Assembly (NCBI GenBank): GCA_013265495.1
Contig: MU062841.1
Coordinates: 2,914,001-2,978,000 of the forward strand
Direction: 5' to 3'
DNA length: 64,000 nt
Origin: Vicugna vicugna
Lineage: Eukaryota
Of this stretch, positions 1 to 12,499 are shown in pieces. The notes below the pieces were generated by a model. That model had not been told where the DNA came from and made no database searches. It saw only the letters and a program-made list of their open reading frames with translations. Made by a program: the position numbers and the translations under genes. Every line of letters begins with the position of its first letter. Position 1 is the first letter of the stretch.

Positions 1-399
1 TCTTCCTTCCACCCTGCTTCCTGGAATATCGACGGTCTCATCTTGGACGATTGCTAAGGTCACGAAAGGGGAAGAACAAGGTAGAAGGGTCTGCAGTGCC
101 TACCTTCCTAAGTCTACAGCTATTTGAGGGTTTCCATCACCCACGGCAGAACTTAATCCTAATTATTATTAATCACAGTTCCCAGTGATTACTATAGTTA
201 ACCATCTAACCTTTCTTGACTCCGCTTATATACAGACACAATATTCACACCTTTCCTCCCCAAATTAAGTTCAATGTCTCTATTTCATACACAAGTTTAT
301 TAAGAATGTGGCTAAACTGCTGTACTTCAAATTCTTTTTACACTTTTTCTGTGACTTGACCGAACTCTACCTTGACACTTTTCCACCAGCTCCAACCCC

Positions 400-960
400 T
401 ATCTTTTTGTTTTCAGAATTGTCTTGGATATTCTCACATGTGTATTTTTCCAAATAAACTTTAGAGGGATTTTTTTCAAGTTCCCAGAGAGGGTAAAAAA
501 AATCTCACTGACTTTTGAATGGACTCTTTTAAGCTAGAAGAAAACTAAGTATCTGACATTTTTGTAAGATTACAGTTCCTTAGACTTCAATAAGATACAC
601 CCTGACATCTATGTCTTCTTTCATAAGTCTCAGTAAAGCTTTATGGTTTTCTTTACGTAAATGTTTCACCTTTCTCATCAAATCGATTCCTATACATTTT
701 ATGATTTCTTCCATTATTAAATGGATTTCGATTTTATTTTTAATTTTGATCTATTTTGAAATCTCTAAATTACTACATGAGCTTTATTATCGACCACCTT
801 ACCAAATTATTTCATTATTTCTAGTAGTCTCTCTAGTTAATTCTCTTGAGTTTATGGGATTTAAAATCACATACCATTGAAATAATGGTAATTCTTCCTC
901 CTCTTATTTTTAATAAAACTTCAAAGTTCTTTGCTTCACAGAAGAGAGGCTCGAAATAGG
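400..960 (-). mobile_element. Old L1 (L1M-type) fragment
   Basis: T-rich sequence resembling antisense L1 ORF2 (e.g. ctctctagttaattctcttgagtttatgg...ataccattgaaataatggtaatt). Boundaries approximate. Confidence 0.5.
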
Positions 961-1654
961 GTGCTCTGTGCTTTCCCATAGCTCCCTGTATTCCAGTACC
1001 TCTGTCATCAATCTTGGGAATATCAGTAAGTTTTTTTTTTTTATAGCTGAATTGCATTTTCCTGTCTTCCATGCCACGTCACATTCCTCTCTGGCCCAAG
1101 AGCCATTTATCTGCTGTCCTTAAAATTCCCCCTCCATGAGAAGAAGGAACTTGTAGGTAATGGCCTTGACCCTATGCCTTTAACCCAGGCCTCTCCCCAC
1201 ATGGCTTGCCCCAAATAAAAACCAACCCAGGCATCCTTGCCACATTCTCCACAAATGCCCTAGACCATCATGCCTCATGCCCACCTTCGTTTCTACCCCA
1301 ACCTTTGTTTGTCCAGTTCTTCACCTTTTCACTTCATTTCCCACTGGCAGGCCTGTTCTCACCTCTGTTTAGGTTGCATGATACGTGTGGTTTAGCCCTA
1401 ATTCTTGTCTACCGGACAAGGTTGGCACTAGTCCTTTGCATCTTGCTATCCACCCCATCCTATTAAGCCTTAACGTTCCCACTTCCAGACCTATGCCAGC
1501 CCCCAGGCAGGAGAAACTCAACAACCTAAGAGAGCTTTGGTCTCTGGGACACCAGGAAGCCCGAGATGGCTGTGGTGGAGGATCTGGGAGCAGGCAGACT
1601 GCTGACCACAGAAGTCCGAACAAGCCCCAGAGGGAAGCCCAGGGAAGAGCTGAC

Positions 1655-1814
1655 CTCTGGTTGGTGGGATACAGCTCCACCGTGATGACATCCAGAGCAT
1701 TCCAGGCGGCAATGCTGGTCCCGCAGAACAGGCACTGCCAGCCGATCATGGCAGACTCACTGTTGCCAAAAAACAGGAAGAAACAGCAGACCGCCGAGAT
1801 GAGCATGGAGCCAC
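1655..1814 (-). CDS. SV2B: SV2B exon 12, 160 nt
   Basis: CTGCAG|GT GGC: GSMLISAVCCFFLFFGNSESAMIGWQCLFCGTSIAAWNALDVITVELYPTNQR. Donor AG|GTCAGC. Confidence 0.98.
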
Positions 1815-3334
1815 CTGCAGAAGGAGATCAGGGCAGAAAGAGACGTGAAGCCCGTGTCAGACAAGACCTGAAGGTACGGGTTCATCTCTACATGAAGAAA
1901 GCACAGCCTGCATCCCCACAGGGTCCCCCAGCCATGAGACTAGTCTTCTGCCTGGGTCATGTCACCAGAATTAGCCTCTAGGAAGGATTTCGAAATCCTC
2001 ACTCTGTGGATTGTCGTCAGTTATTCAGGGCTGGGCATCAGCTGAGAGTCTATGATGCACCAGACATTGTTCCTGATGCCTGCAATGCATCAGTGTCAAA
2101 AAGACTCTTAGATTCCACTGAGAACATAGCTGTGAACGGGCTACAGAAGGACACCTGAACAGCGCGAGGCTGCTTATTCTCCATTCATGCCCATCTCCAC
2201 CCCAGATATCCAAGCTGCCCTTTCCAGCTCTGCTCTCTGCCCTGTGGACTGCGTACCTGGGGCTCCCTTGTCAGTGGGGAGGACAAAAGGATTGGAGTAT
2301 TCCTTCCCAATTCCCAACCTGCTTTATAAGCCCCTTTTGTGGCCAATGCTGCGTCCCTCCAGGATTCCAGTTCCTTCTGGTGCCTCTTCCTTCTTGGTCC
2401 CAGCTCTCCCTGGGCTCTGTTACTGCTGCCTTCTCCCCTTGTCCCTGCAGCTCTAGAAATGGTGCCTGCTGCCCACTTTGCTAGTATCTGGGTAACTCAT
2501 CAGCCTCATTTGTTCCCATAACCCTGCCCACATCTCTAAAGCTGCCCCACCGACATAGTCTCTTCCATAGAACTACCTGGGGTGAATTATTTTTTCCCAC
2601 CAGGACTGTGGGTGATACAGTTAACGGTAAGAGATCCCACTGAAAGAAGACTGTGTCAAATCCTGCCCAGATCCAGTACGTCCTGCCCAGAGGAGCTCGG
2701 GATGTCTGGCGTGGACGCAGGGCAGGGACCAGCTGTATGTCTGGAAATGCAGTGGGAATAGTTAGCAGAAAGGAAACAAGGAAGCAGGTCCCAAACAACC
2801 AGCTGGGAAATAGGGCAGGAGCCCCCACCAGGCATCGGGACCCTGGGGAAGGGAGGTCTTCCGGTTGCCAAGAAGCCAGAAGGCCAGCTTGGCCTCACAA
2901 CAAGTGCCTCCCCGGGGAGCCTCCACCTGGAACCTCACGCTTAGACCTGGAGCTGCCAAGACTGGTGCCAAACCCTGCTGGCGAGCTGGGGAACGGTTAC
3001 TGCCCACCTGGACTCTGCTGATTCTGGGAAGGGGCAGAGCTGTGCGTGGGTAGCCTGGTGACTTCTTTCCAAACAGCTAGGAGAGCACTAGAATGATAGG
3101 GGACTGGCTTCTACTGGACCGCGAGTGCCCTGAGAACTGTACCATCAATATGCACGCACCCCTCCAAGTGGCCAGCCATGAGGCTTGGTGCACAGTAACT
3201 GTTGACAAACGTTTCCTGAATACAAATATCAAATAAACCAAATGACTCCTCAACTATGTTAGGTCTTCCTGCTAAAAGTCCCTATGACCCACTGTACTTC
3301 CATCCTCATAATTAATTCTTATTCCCCTTATGTT

Positions 3335-3512
3335 GAAGAGGCCTGAGGTCAAATCCCAGCTCTCCCTGTGTGACCTTGAGTGAGTCACTTAACCTCTCTG
3401 TGCTGTCTCACTTTCCCCATCGCAGGGTTATTCTAAGGGTTAAATATGATACTATTTACAAAATGCTTGGAACAAAACCTGACCTATAATAAGCACTTCA
3501 TAAGTGTTATTT
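3335..3512 (+). mobile_element. MIR SINE
   Basis: caaatcccagctc...tgtgtgaccttgagtgagtcacttaacctctctgtg MIR core, then ...aagcacttcataagtgttatt. Confidence 0.8.
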
Positions 3513-3524
3513 AAATGAAATTTC

Positions 3525-3675
3525 TAGTTTATGTCTGTCTCTCCCAATTGATCATTTGCTCCTTAAGCACAAGGATGCTGTCTGCCTCAATTACTGCTGT
3601 ATTCCCATTGCCTGTTGTACAGCCTGGAAGAGAATTGCACTGCATAAATTAATGTTTATTGGATGAATAAATGAG
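3525..3675 (+). mobile_element. L2 LINE 3' end
   Basis: tgtctgtctctccc...gctccttaagcacaagga...actgctgtattccca...tttattggatgaataaatga resembles the L2 3' terminus. Confidence 0.7.
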
Positions 3676-4755
3676 GAGTAACCGGCTCATCAGGAAAACT
3701 TCTACTCTCCTGTTAACGAGTTGCTACTTCTGCCCAGGAAAGGGCGCGGCAGCAGAGTACGCGGGACAAAGGATGCTCCAGCAGACTCTACAGGGGGATT
3801 TGTCTAAGGGTCACGGAAAAGGCAATTTCAAAACAGGTCACCCACATGCCGTTGTGATACGTATTGAGTATATAGTGTTTATTGTGTCCCAGAATATCCC
3901 AGATGATATAAAGAAAGCACTGCTTGAGTTTTAATAATCTAGCTCAGAAACAAAATACCGACATTAATAAAAGAATAAGATATAAAGAATAATAAAATTA
4001 GTTTCAGATATCCAGCTTGGGGTGTATGGCTCTATTTAGCATTACAGAAACCAATTTTTGTCTGGGATACATTCATGATGGCAAGAAAGGCTTCAACAGC
4101 AAAGAAAAGGATGTCCACCCTCCCCCTGCCCTGCCTGGGCCCTGCACCCAGCTCTCAGCCCTCCCTCCGCTCCTGTGTGGCCGTGTGCGGCTGGCCAAGG
4201 GAGGCGGTCCATTTTCGTTCACAGGTGCACCCACCCCACCCTTCATAGACCTTACTTTCCCGAGAAATTCCTCAGCCACCCTAGGAGCTGACCACAGAAT
4301 TCACTCTCGACCCTGGGACTGAAAAGGGCAGTGACAGACAGGGAGAAGTGTCACACATCTACTCTCACATGCCTTCTCTCACTGGAGCAGAGGTGCTCTT
4401 AGAACCGTTGTGCAACAGAAGCTCAGAGAGGCCAAGGAAGGTGTGCAGGCTCACGAAGCAAGCGTTGGCTGAGATGGCCACCTGACGGCCAGCCACTGGT
4501 CATTTACACCGTGCCAGCCTGCAGCACCTCCCACTGAAAAGCTTGGTGCTTCTGACTCATCTTCGCCGATGCCGGTCAGTTCCACAGCAACACCAAGTGG
4601 CAGGCACTGTGCTGGTCACGGGCATCACAGAAGTTAATAAGCCGCCTTCTTCCCTCCGTGGGTTTCAGGTCTAACCAGGGCACTGCCTCTGACAGAGGAC
4701 AAAGCTCAATCTGCCATGCCAGAGAGGTGACGCCGTCCTCACCGCAAGATTACAA

Positions 4756-4870
4756 TGGGTGAGGGGCGGTAGGAGGGTGGAGAGCATGTGTAGCTCAGCG
4801 GCAAAGTGCGTGCTTAGCATGCATGAGGTCCTGGGTTCAATCTCCAGTACCTCCACTAACAAAAAAAAAT
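4756..4870 (+). mobile_element. tRNA-derived SINE (camelid Vic-1-like)
   Basis: A box TAGCTCAGCGG (4791), tgcttagcatgc, B box GGTTCAATCTC (4834), A-tail from 4861. Possible TSD aagatta(c/a)aa at 4746 and 4872. Confidence 0.75.
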
Positions 4871-5223
4871 TAAGATTAAAACCATATATTCTTAAAGATT
4901 AAAAAAAAAGCAGAAATCACAGGCATGTCTTGTGTTCACCATTCTAAATATTCATGCCACTACCAATAACAATAATATTCAATATGAGCCAAACACCAGG
5001 AAATTCTTCCCAGAAAGACCAGATCAATTTGCTCTTCTCTGACAAAATGACTATGTAATTTATTTTGTTTCCTTTTGAGTTTTGCCGCGAGGATCTTGGA
5101 ATTAATCTTACTACATCCCTGGGGCAGAATTCATGGCATGTTTACTAGCACATTGTCTACCTCCCCTCCCCTAGCCTTGACTCACATTCTAATATGTGTA
5201 CATTTCCCTGGCTCTGGGTGTAT

Positions 5224-5225
<2 letters not shown>

Positions 5226-5254
<29 letters not shown>

Positions 5255-5255
5255 G
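5226..5255 (+). repeat. (TTTTG)6 microsatellite
   Basis: Seen directly. Confidence 0.95.
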
Positions 5256-5942
5256 TTTATCATGCCAGGCATGTGTTTTTCTAACAAACTGCTGCAAATC
5301 TGGTGGAATGAAGCAAGACAGACATGAAAATGGCTACCATTTTTGAGAACCTGCTATGAGATGCTTTGGGTACATTACTTTCCACCCTCACAAATCCCCA
5401 CCAGCCCATGATAGGTTTCCTTATCTACAGGACAAGGCCCAGAGAAGCAAAGGAACATGTCCAAAGTCAAACAGCCTTTAGGTGTTAAGAGTCCATCATG
5501 AGCCTGTCCAACTCCAAAATCCAAAATGCTCTCCCTATTAAATAATAATAAGTAAGTAATATGATTTATTTTAAATCATCAAATGAAACCAGGGTTCATT
5601 TAAGAGCATTTTATGTATTTTTTTCAACAATAAGAATACGAAGCTGGTAGAGTGGATATATTTAATATCCTATTGGACTACTAACATAATAAGGAACTGT
5701 CACAGAATTGCTGAGTCAGGAAATGAAGATGTGTTCCTGGCATGGACCAGAGGTCTCAGACCACCTCCCCAGGACCCCAGGGCTTTGCAGACAGACCTCC
5801 TTGGCTCTACACCAGCAGATGCCATCTTACCTGTGTGGTTTCCAGATCTCTTTAAGAAAAAGAAAAATTCCACTATTTTAATACACTTTAAGCCAAGGTC
5901 CAAGCCCACTCGGACACAGATGTGGCGTCCCTACTCACTCAC

Positions 5943-6143
5943 CGATCATCTTGAGCCTCCCGACTTTATCCATGAGCAGGGCAGAAATGATGTTCCCAGG
6001 CAAGACAGACAGACTGCCGAGAAAGCTGACAAGGTAAATCAGGAAGTCGTTGTCTTGCTCAAAGTCCATGTGGCAACCCTCCTTCTGCTCCAGAAAGGTG
6101 ACGTTGATAAAATGACAGTTGATGAACTTGTGCTGGTAGAGGT
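5943..6143 (-). CDS. SV2B: SV2B exon 11, 201 nt
   Basis: CCGCAG|AC CTC: DLYQHKFINCHFINVTFLEQKEGCHMDFEQDNDFLIYLVSFLGSLSVLPGNIISALLMDKVGRLKMIG. Donor G|GTGAGT. Confidence 0.98.
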
Positions 6144-6154
6144 CTGCGGAGAGA

Positions 6155-6202
6155 AGGGGACTTTGGGTTCGTGTGAAGTGTAGGGGACTTTGGGTTCGTG
6201 TG
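6155..6202. repeat. Tandem duplication, period 27, two identical 21-mers AGGGGACTTTGGGTTCGTGTG
   Basis: Copies at 6155-6175 and 6182-6202, immediately upstream (gene sense) of the exon 11 acceptor. Confidence 0.9.
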
Positions 6203-6599
6203 GGGAGACTTGGGGCAGAGTCAGGGATGGAGGAATGCCCCTTCCTTTGGCAGGCGTCCCCACCCTCTGGCAATCAGACAGTCTCAAAGTCAAGGTGACG
6301 TGTGGCCAGGTATGGAAGAAGTGAGAAACCCTTAAAAATGTCAGGACCTGTTGAAGTTCCTATAAGCAAAGGGAAATGAACATTCGTTGAGGGACATACA
6401 TCATCTTTCAAGCTAGATGACAGTCTGGTTTGTATCAATGGGATAACATTGAGGTTCACAGCAACTGGGCTATTCCTCTGAGGCTACTCAGCTTATAGGA
6501 GGCAGACAACCAGAGAATTGGGTCCAGCTTGAGCCAATCACCCCAAAGCTCACACAGAAAACTGAACACACTTCAAAATAAAAGCCATTTGCTCAGTGG

Positions 6600-6947
6600 T
6601 TTGGGGGGCAGGGCAGGAGTAGACATGAACAGACTTCAGAGGATTTTTAGGGCAGTAAAAATGCTCTGTGTGATATTATGTTGATGGATATATGTCATTA
6701 TCCATGTGCCCAAGCCCACAGAATGTATCACACCAAGAATGAACCCTAATGTGAATGATGGACTTTGGCCGACGATAATATGTCGATGCAGGTTCATTAA
6801 TTGTCACAGAGGTACCACTCTGGTAGGGGATATTGATAATGGGGGAGGCTCAGGTGTGGGGGCAGGGCATACATGGAGATCACTGTATCTTTCTTCCAAT
6901 TTTGTTGTAAGCCTAAAACTTCTCTTAAAAAAAAGAGTCTTAAAAAA
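6600..6947 (+). mobile_element. L1MC-like 3' end
   Basis: gtgaaccctaatgtgaatgatggactttgg-like block (gaaccctaatgtgaatgatggactttgg), ...aggttcattaattgtcaca...gtaagcctaaaacttctcttaaaaaaaa. Confidence 0.75.
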
Positions 6948-8293
6948 TAATGACCATTTTCTTTGGATCATACATGTTTTCTGACACGTTCTAACATCAG
7001 CTATTCTAGCAGAAAAATCACTACACAGGTTCTCAGGAGACGTGGGTTTGGGGGACTGGCTCTGCCACTGACCCTCTTTTACCTCCCTGAGCCTCCACCT
7101 GTAACAATTAGAGGAAGACACGGGATATTCTCTGCTGCTGCCCAGCTCTGACATTCTTCATGACCATGCATTTGCAAAAAAACAAAAACAAAAACAAAAA
7201 AACCATGTTAAGAATATGCAAACCAAGAGGCATCATTAAAACTTGAAAGAAGAAAATAAAAGCTATGCCAGGTTTTGATGACAAATAGTAAATGTATAGA
7301 AGTCATTATTATTCTTTTAGGATAAAAAATAAATTAGGAAGGGGAATCTCATAATGGTTTGAGACTGAGGGATATTGAAGAGGCCAGATATTAAACCTCT
7401 GGGGCTGACATCATGAAGGAAAAAAAGATTCTCTTGCATAAACCGTGCCTTGGTGCCAACGCCAGGGAGAAAGAACTGGCCTGGACATACAGCAAGTAGT
7501 TCAGTGAAAAGATTGCAGAGTTTAGAGCTAAATAGTTGAGGTGTGAATCCAAGCTCCCCCAGCTTGCTAGCTGTGGCTTTGGGCAGCTTGCTTAAGCCTC
7601 TGCGTCCTTAGCTAGAAGACCGGGATAATAATAAATCTCTCACTTGAGACAATGGAGGTGAAGCCCCTGGTAAAGCTCAGTTCACTTCCTTAGAATCCAA
7701 CTCCACTTGGTATTAATTTATGATGAGAGTATTAAAAATAACAAGGAGTGAGGAAGTGGTACAATCTTGTGATTTTCTTTTAATCGTGGAAATCTGAAAT
7801 GGGGTGATTTTAAAATAGTCTTGTCTCATTTCATGCGCAAAGCTTGAAAAGATGCAATTTTTTCTTTCCATCTGTTATTGGGAAAACATGCATCTTGAAT
7901 TTTGTAAATTTCAAATTATGCAAGGTCTGCAAGAATGCACTCTACACATAAGAGGCAGCCCTCCCCAGAACGCTGATTTTTATCTCTGTCATATTCTGTT
8001 CCTGCCAAAGACCCTTATTGCAAAGCATCCGTCTCATTGAGATCAGAACACTTGCCCAGTACTTTTGTGCTTTTCCATTTCACATGTGATAAAACTGAGA
8101 TGCAGATCAGTTCAATGCCTCAGTAAGGCTGCGCAGCTTCTCTGTGCCGCACCTGGGGCTGGTACCCACTTCTCCACATGAAGGCTCACTTGTATCTGTG
8201 AATACTTTACAACTTCTGAAGCTTATGACTGAGCAGCGTGGGTCTAGACAACAAGCCCTTATTACAGTCTCCTCACTCTGTCCACGCTCTTAC

Positions 8294-8427
8294 CTGTGTT
8301 ATAAAAGACGGTCGATTCAATGGTGCAGTTCTTGAAATAGGTATCAGTAGATGTAACGTCTTCAAAATAGCACTCGTCAAATAACGTGTCCTCAAAGAGT
8401 ACGTGTTTAAAGTACATCTTTGTGAAC
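8294..8427 (-). CDS. SV2B: SV2B exon 10, 134 nt (pentapeptide-repeat beta-helix)
   Basis: CCACAG|G TTC: FTKMYFKHVLFEDTLFDECYFEDVTSTDTYFKNCTIESTVFYNT; Phe at most fifth positions; N491-C-T sequon. Donor AG|GTAAGA. Confidence 0.98.
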
Positions 8428-11113
8428 CTGTGGAAAAAAATATTAGCCCCTGAGTGATCCATTCAGGAAAAAAAGGAGCCTTGAGACTCAAATGAAAAAC
8501 ACAGAAAGGCAGAAGAAAATGGAGAACTGTAAATCCAAAGTTGCTAGACGTTATTTTCAACCCAGACTAGTTTCCCATTTCTTTGCTGTGGGTTTATAAA
8601 TGGGAGAGATCTCAGGACCGTGGAAGCAGGTGTCTAGTCCAGGTGTATATGCATCAGCCTGGTGGCTCCCAAATGCAGGTCCATGGACCATGTATATCTG
8701 CATCATAGAAACCTGAAATAGTGTGAAATGAAAATATTGATAACATCTCATGTTATGAACTTTAAAAACATGAATGTCCCTCGGTTGATCTTAGAAAGTT
8801 TAAAGGCAATAGATGTGTGAGGGCTTCATAATCTTTGTTTTTAAAATTGAACCAACAAAGATGTGGGGAGATAGGCACTTCCATTCACCTTGTCAGTAGA
8901 ATGTAATTGGTGCAGCCTCTTTGGAGAGCAGTTGTGCAAAATTTAAAATGTACAATCGTTTCGACCTAGGCACAGCGCCTTACAAATTTACTGTACACGT
9001 ACCTGCTCATGCCTTCAAAGAGACACATTCACTGATCTTCATTGCAACATCGCTGACAAGAGCAATGGGTTACTAGATAGATGGATAGATAGATAGGTCT
9101 GTGATGGACAGTGGAATACTACACAGCTATTATAATAAAATAATTACTTAGGTCTATATGTCTTAATATGTAACAATCTTTAAGATACATTGTTAATGGA
9201 AGAAATGAAATGTAATTTAGTGTTCACAGCATGTGATCATTTGTGTAAGAAAGCAGCTATGTGTGCAAGTGCACAGCATATACCTGGAGGGTACACAAGA
9301 CACTGGTGGGTGTGACTGGCACTGAGGAGGTGCAAGAGGAGGTCAGGCATTTCTTTCCACCAAGTGTATATATTACTTTTCCACTTGAAAATAAAATAGC
9401 ACATGAGGGGTAAAGCGCCTAGATGATGATGGGGTGCAGCCACATTTGGGAGCTGCTGCAGGACCCCAACTCCTGCATAAACTGAATAGGAAAGGACTAC
9501 CTTACACTTAAACACATATACTGGCATATGTTCACATCATCCTCTGCTGGTTACATTTCTCAAGTTTGGTCAGACTTTTCAGCTAGAAACCTTTGGCTGT
9601 ATCTTCCTTTGTGAAGAGTGGCAACCCACTCCTTCATTTATTCGTCTGTCTATTCATTTAGTTAGATATTCAGCCTTCAGCAGATTCTTACTGAGCATGG
9701 CATTAGGGGTTTTGTGTACAGAGAGGAAAGACATGGTCCCTGCCCTTAAGACTAATGGGGAAAAAAACAAGCAAATAGATAACTACAATACAGTGGGAGT
9801 CACGGTAACGGGTAACACCAGGTGCTGAGGGTCATTGTTCCTCTCTAGAGCCATCAGATAATTCAATCCATGACCGCAGGTGGTGGCCACTGCCCCTTAC
9901 CCTTCACGCTCCCTTGTGTTCTGCTGAAAACCCTAACTAGAACCACCTCTCATTAGCTTCTGCAAAAAGACCTCTCAGAAAGAAGGCCTGGGCGGGTACT
10001 CCTCAAAGAGAGGTCCCCACACACCCGCAGCACAATAAAATGGGAGCTTATTATGAAAGATGCAGCTTTCCGTATTCCAGCGTAAGACCTCTTGAACCAT
10101 AATCTCCAGAGGAAGATGCCAGATTATTATACTTTAGAAAATGTGAGCATCGTGGGTCCAGTAAACCAAATTATTTTCAGCCATTTTTCTTAGAGTTAAG
10201 TTTGCTACAGACTTTTAAACAGAGGCCTCCAAAGGCTACCACCGAACTCTTCTGATTTCCATGGAAAGACTAATTGGTAAGTCTTTTGTTACAGGAAGAT
10301 GCTTCCGAGGTCAAAATGAATGTAATTTGTGTGCTGGGTGTATTTACTCAGGAAAGTATTCCTGGAGACTGTCTCGGGTCTCTGCCTGTCTTAATATATC
10401 CTTGTCTTTAATATAGTAATAGGCCAGAGACGTGGCCTTCAGTGATATTTTAATGTTCTGCCAAGGGGGTGGGGTGAGAAAGCAGAGTCATAAATCATAA
10501 CAGGTCTGACACAAGCAGACCTTAAAATGTATCTCCAAGTGAGTTATAAAAAGCCAAAGTTATAAAAGAAGAGATAAAAGGAGAAAGGGCCAAGGCATAT
10601 TTTATGAGTCTTTGTATCAATCATCTCCTCCAGTCTCTCATTTATATAGTGAACTGGTCCAAGATGCTCCATTCAGGAAAGTCCAAGGGCTGAAAGAAAG
10701 GATAACAGAAGTATCTTGGGGAACTTTTCCTTTAAGGAAACAGAAGCCATTGGTGATCCAGGGTCTGCGGTAGAGTTGTTACCACAAACACTTTACTTCC
10801 ATTACCCTCCAGACCAGTGTTTAAGCCACCACGTGATCTAAACTCTGCCAAAAGTCACATCTAGGCAGTCACCATGTTTTAGGCTTGAGGTGTCACCCTC
10901 AAGAAACTCAATCTAATTAAAGAGATAAACAAGGATCTTGGCTAAAAACCCAAAATATTAAAAAAAAAAGGCAACTGACAATTAAAATTAGTTGGGATAA
11001 TTAGCAAGATAGAGATACATTACAAAATCACTTCAAAGGGGGCACTTACGATCCAGTTGGGTAAAGCATGAGATGACATATCCTAAAGGGTAAGTAAAAG
11101 CTATCCAAGCAAA

Positions 11114-11257
11114 NNNNNNNNNNNNNNNNNNNNNNNNNNNNNNNNNNNNNNNNNNNNNNNNNNNNNNNNNNNNNNNNNNNNNNNNNNNNNNNNNNNNNNN
11201 NNNNNNNNNNNNNNNNNNNNNNNNNNNNNNNNNNNNNNNNNNNNNNNNNNNNNNNNN
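11114..11257. other. Assembly gap (N run)
   Basis: 144 N. Confidence 1.
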
Positions 11258-11793
11258 AGTAGAGAATTCTCTTTTATGTAATTTTTATCACCTTTCAGGA
11301 AGAAAATAAACAAAGGGTATATTTCCCCAAAAGTTCACACACACATAACCTCCTGCAATGAGCCTTCCAGGTACAGTGAAATAAAAGAGAATTCTTCAGC
11401 AAAAGACTAGAACTCTATCTAGTTCCCCACACATGATCTCCTACCAGTTCCCGATCTGAGATAAAGCAAAGCACAAATTTTTAAAAAATCATTCATTTCA
11501 GAAAATATATGCTTAGTTTGCTTAAAGAATGGAGGAAACGCAAAGTATTCCCTCAATACTCTATATAACTTCTTAAATTCTCCAAATACAAGCATCGGGC
11601 CTCTACTGTACTCTGACATCACCCTCCAAAAAATAAAGAGTGGAGTTCAACTTCCAGGGCTCAGTCACTAAAGAATTTCAGACAATTTTCTTCTCCTCTA
11701 CAGGCTCGTATTTTAAAACCGTTAAAATAGAAGTATGGAGGAGCTAGCTTTTTCCAGCTCTAGTATGTGGTTCTATAAAGGAGAAGCACTTTC

Positions 11794-12232
11794 AACATGA
11801 TGGACCTAGAGATTATCATACTAAGTGAAGTAAGTCAGACAAAGACAAATACCACAGGATGTCGCTTATATGTGGAATCTAAAATACACACACACACACA
11901 CACATGAACTTATTTACAAAACAGAAATAGACTCACAGACAGGGGAAACAAATTTATGGTTACCAAAGGGAAACAGGGAGAGATAAATTAGGAGTTTGGG
12001 ATTAGCAGATACAAACTACTATATATAAAATAGATAAACAGCAAGGTCCTACTGTGCAGCCCGGGGAACCATATTCAATATCTTGTAATAGCCTATAAAG
12101 GAAAAGAATCTGAAAAAGATACATATTTTTTCATATACATATATATATTCAGCTATATATATGGAGAATCACTTTGCTATGCATCTGAAACTAACACACT
12201 ATAAATCAACTATACTTCAGTTTTTTTCAAAA
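11794..12232 (+). mobile_element. 5'-truncated L1 3' end, cetartiodactyl-type
   Basis: tggacctagagattatcatactaagtgaagtaagtcag...gggattagcagatacaaactactatatataaaatagataaac...aatcaactatacttca, with an internal (CA)n at ~11886-11903. Confidence 0.9.
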
Positions 12233-12499
12233 GTACCTTTACCGTGGGTAGCCTGAGAAAGAAACAAAAGACTTAGGAAATGGCCATCTTATGTCCCCAA
12301 ACCACTGAAATATTATTTCATGAGGAATGAGAGGTATATAGTGGGAAATACCGTCCACCAAACAGACTCTGAGGCAGTATGTTCTTGTGCCTCAGCCAAT
12401 TTGCCAGTAAATCCAATTTCCTCTCTTTTTCTTCTCTTACACATAAGGCTTCTTAAGTGCCGAAATCACAGTATCTCCTATTGTTTTGACAAAGATCCT

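Noticed and set aside
1-1654. Terminal coding exon (ATAFGILNGLCK...stop)
   Set aside because: Searched and not found; it must lie left of the window.
1385-1981. 198-aa plus-strand ORF
   Set aside because: Antisense shadow of exon 12 and GC-rich flanks; no recognisable protein features.
4791-4855. Apparent tRNA gene (also 38725-38790)
   Set aside because: A and B boxes are present but followed by an A-rich tail, with no full acceptor stem: SINE heads, not tRNA genes.
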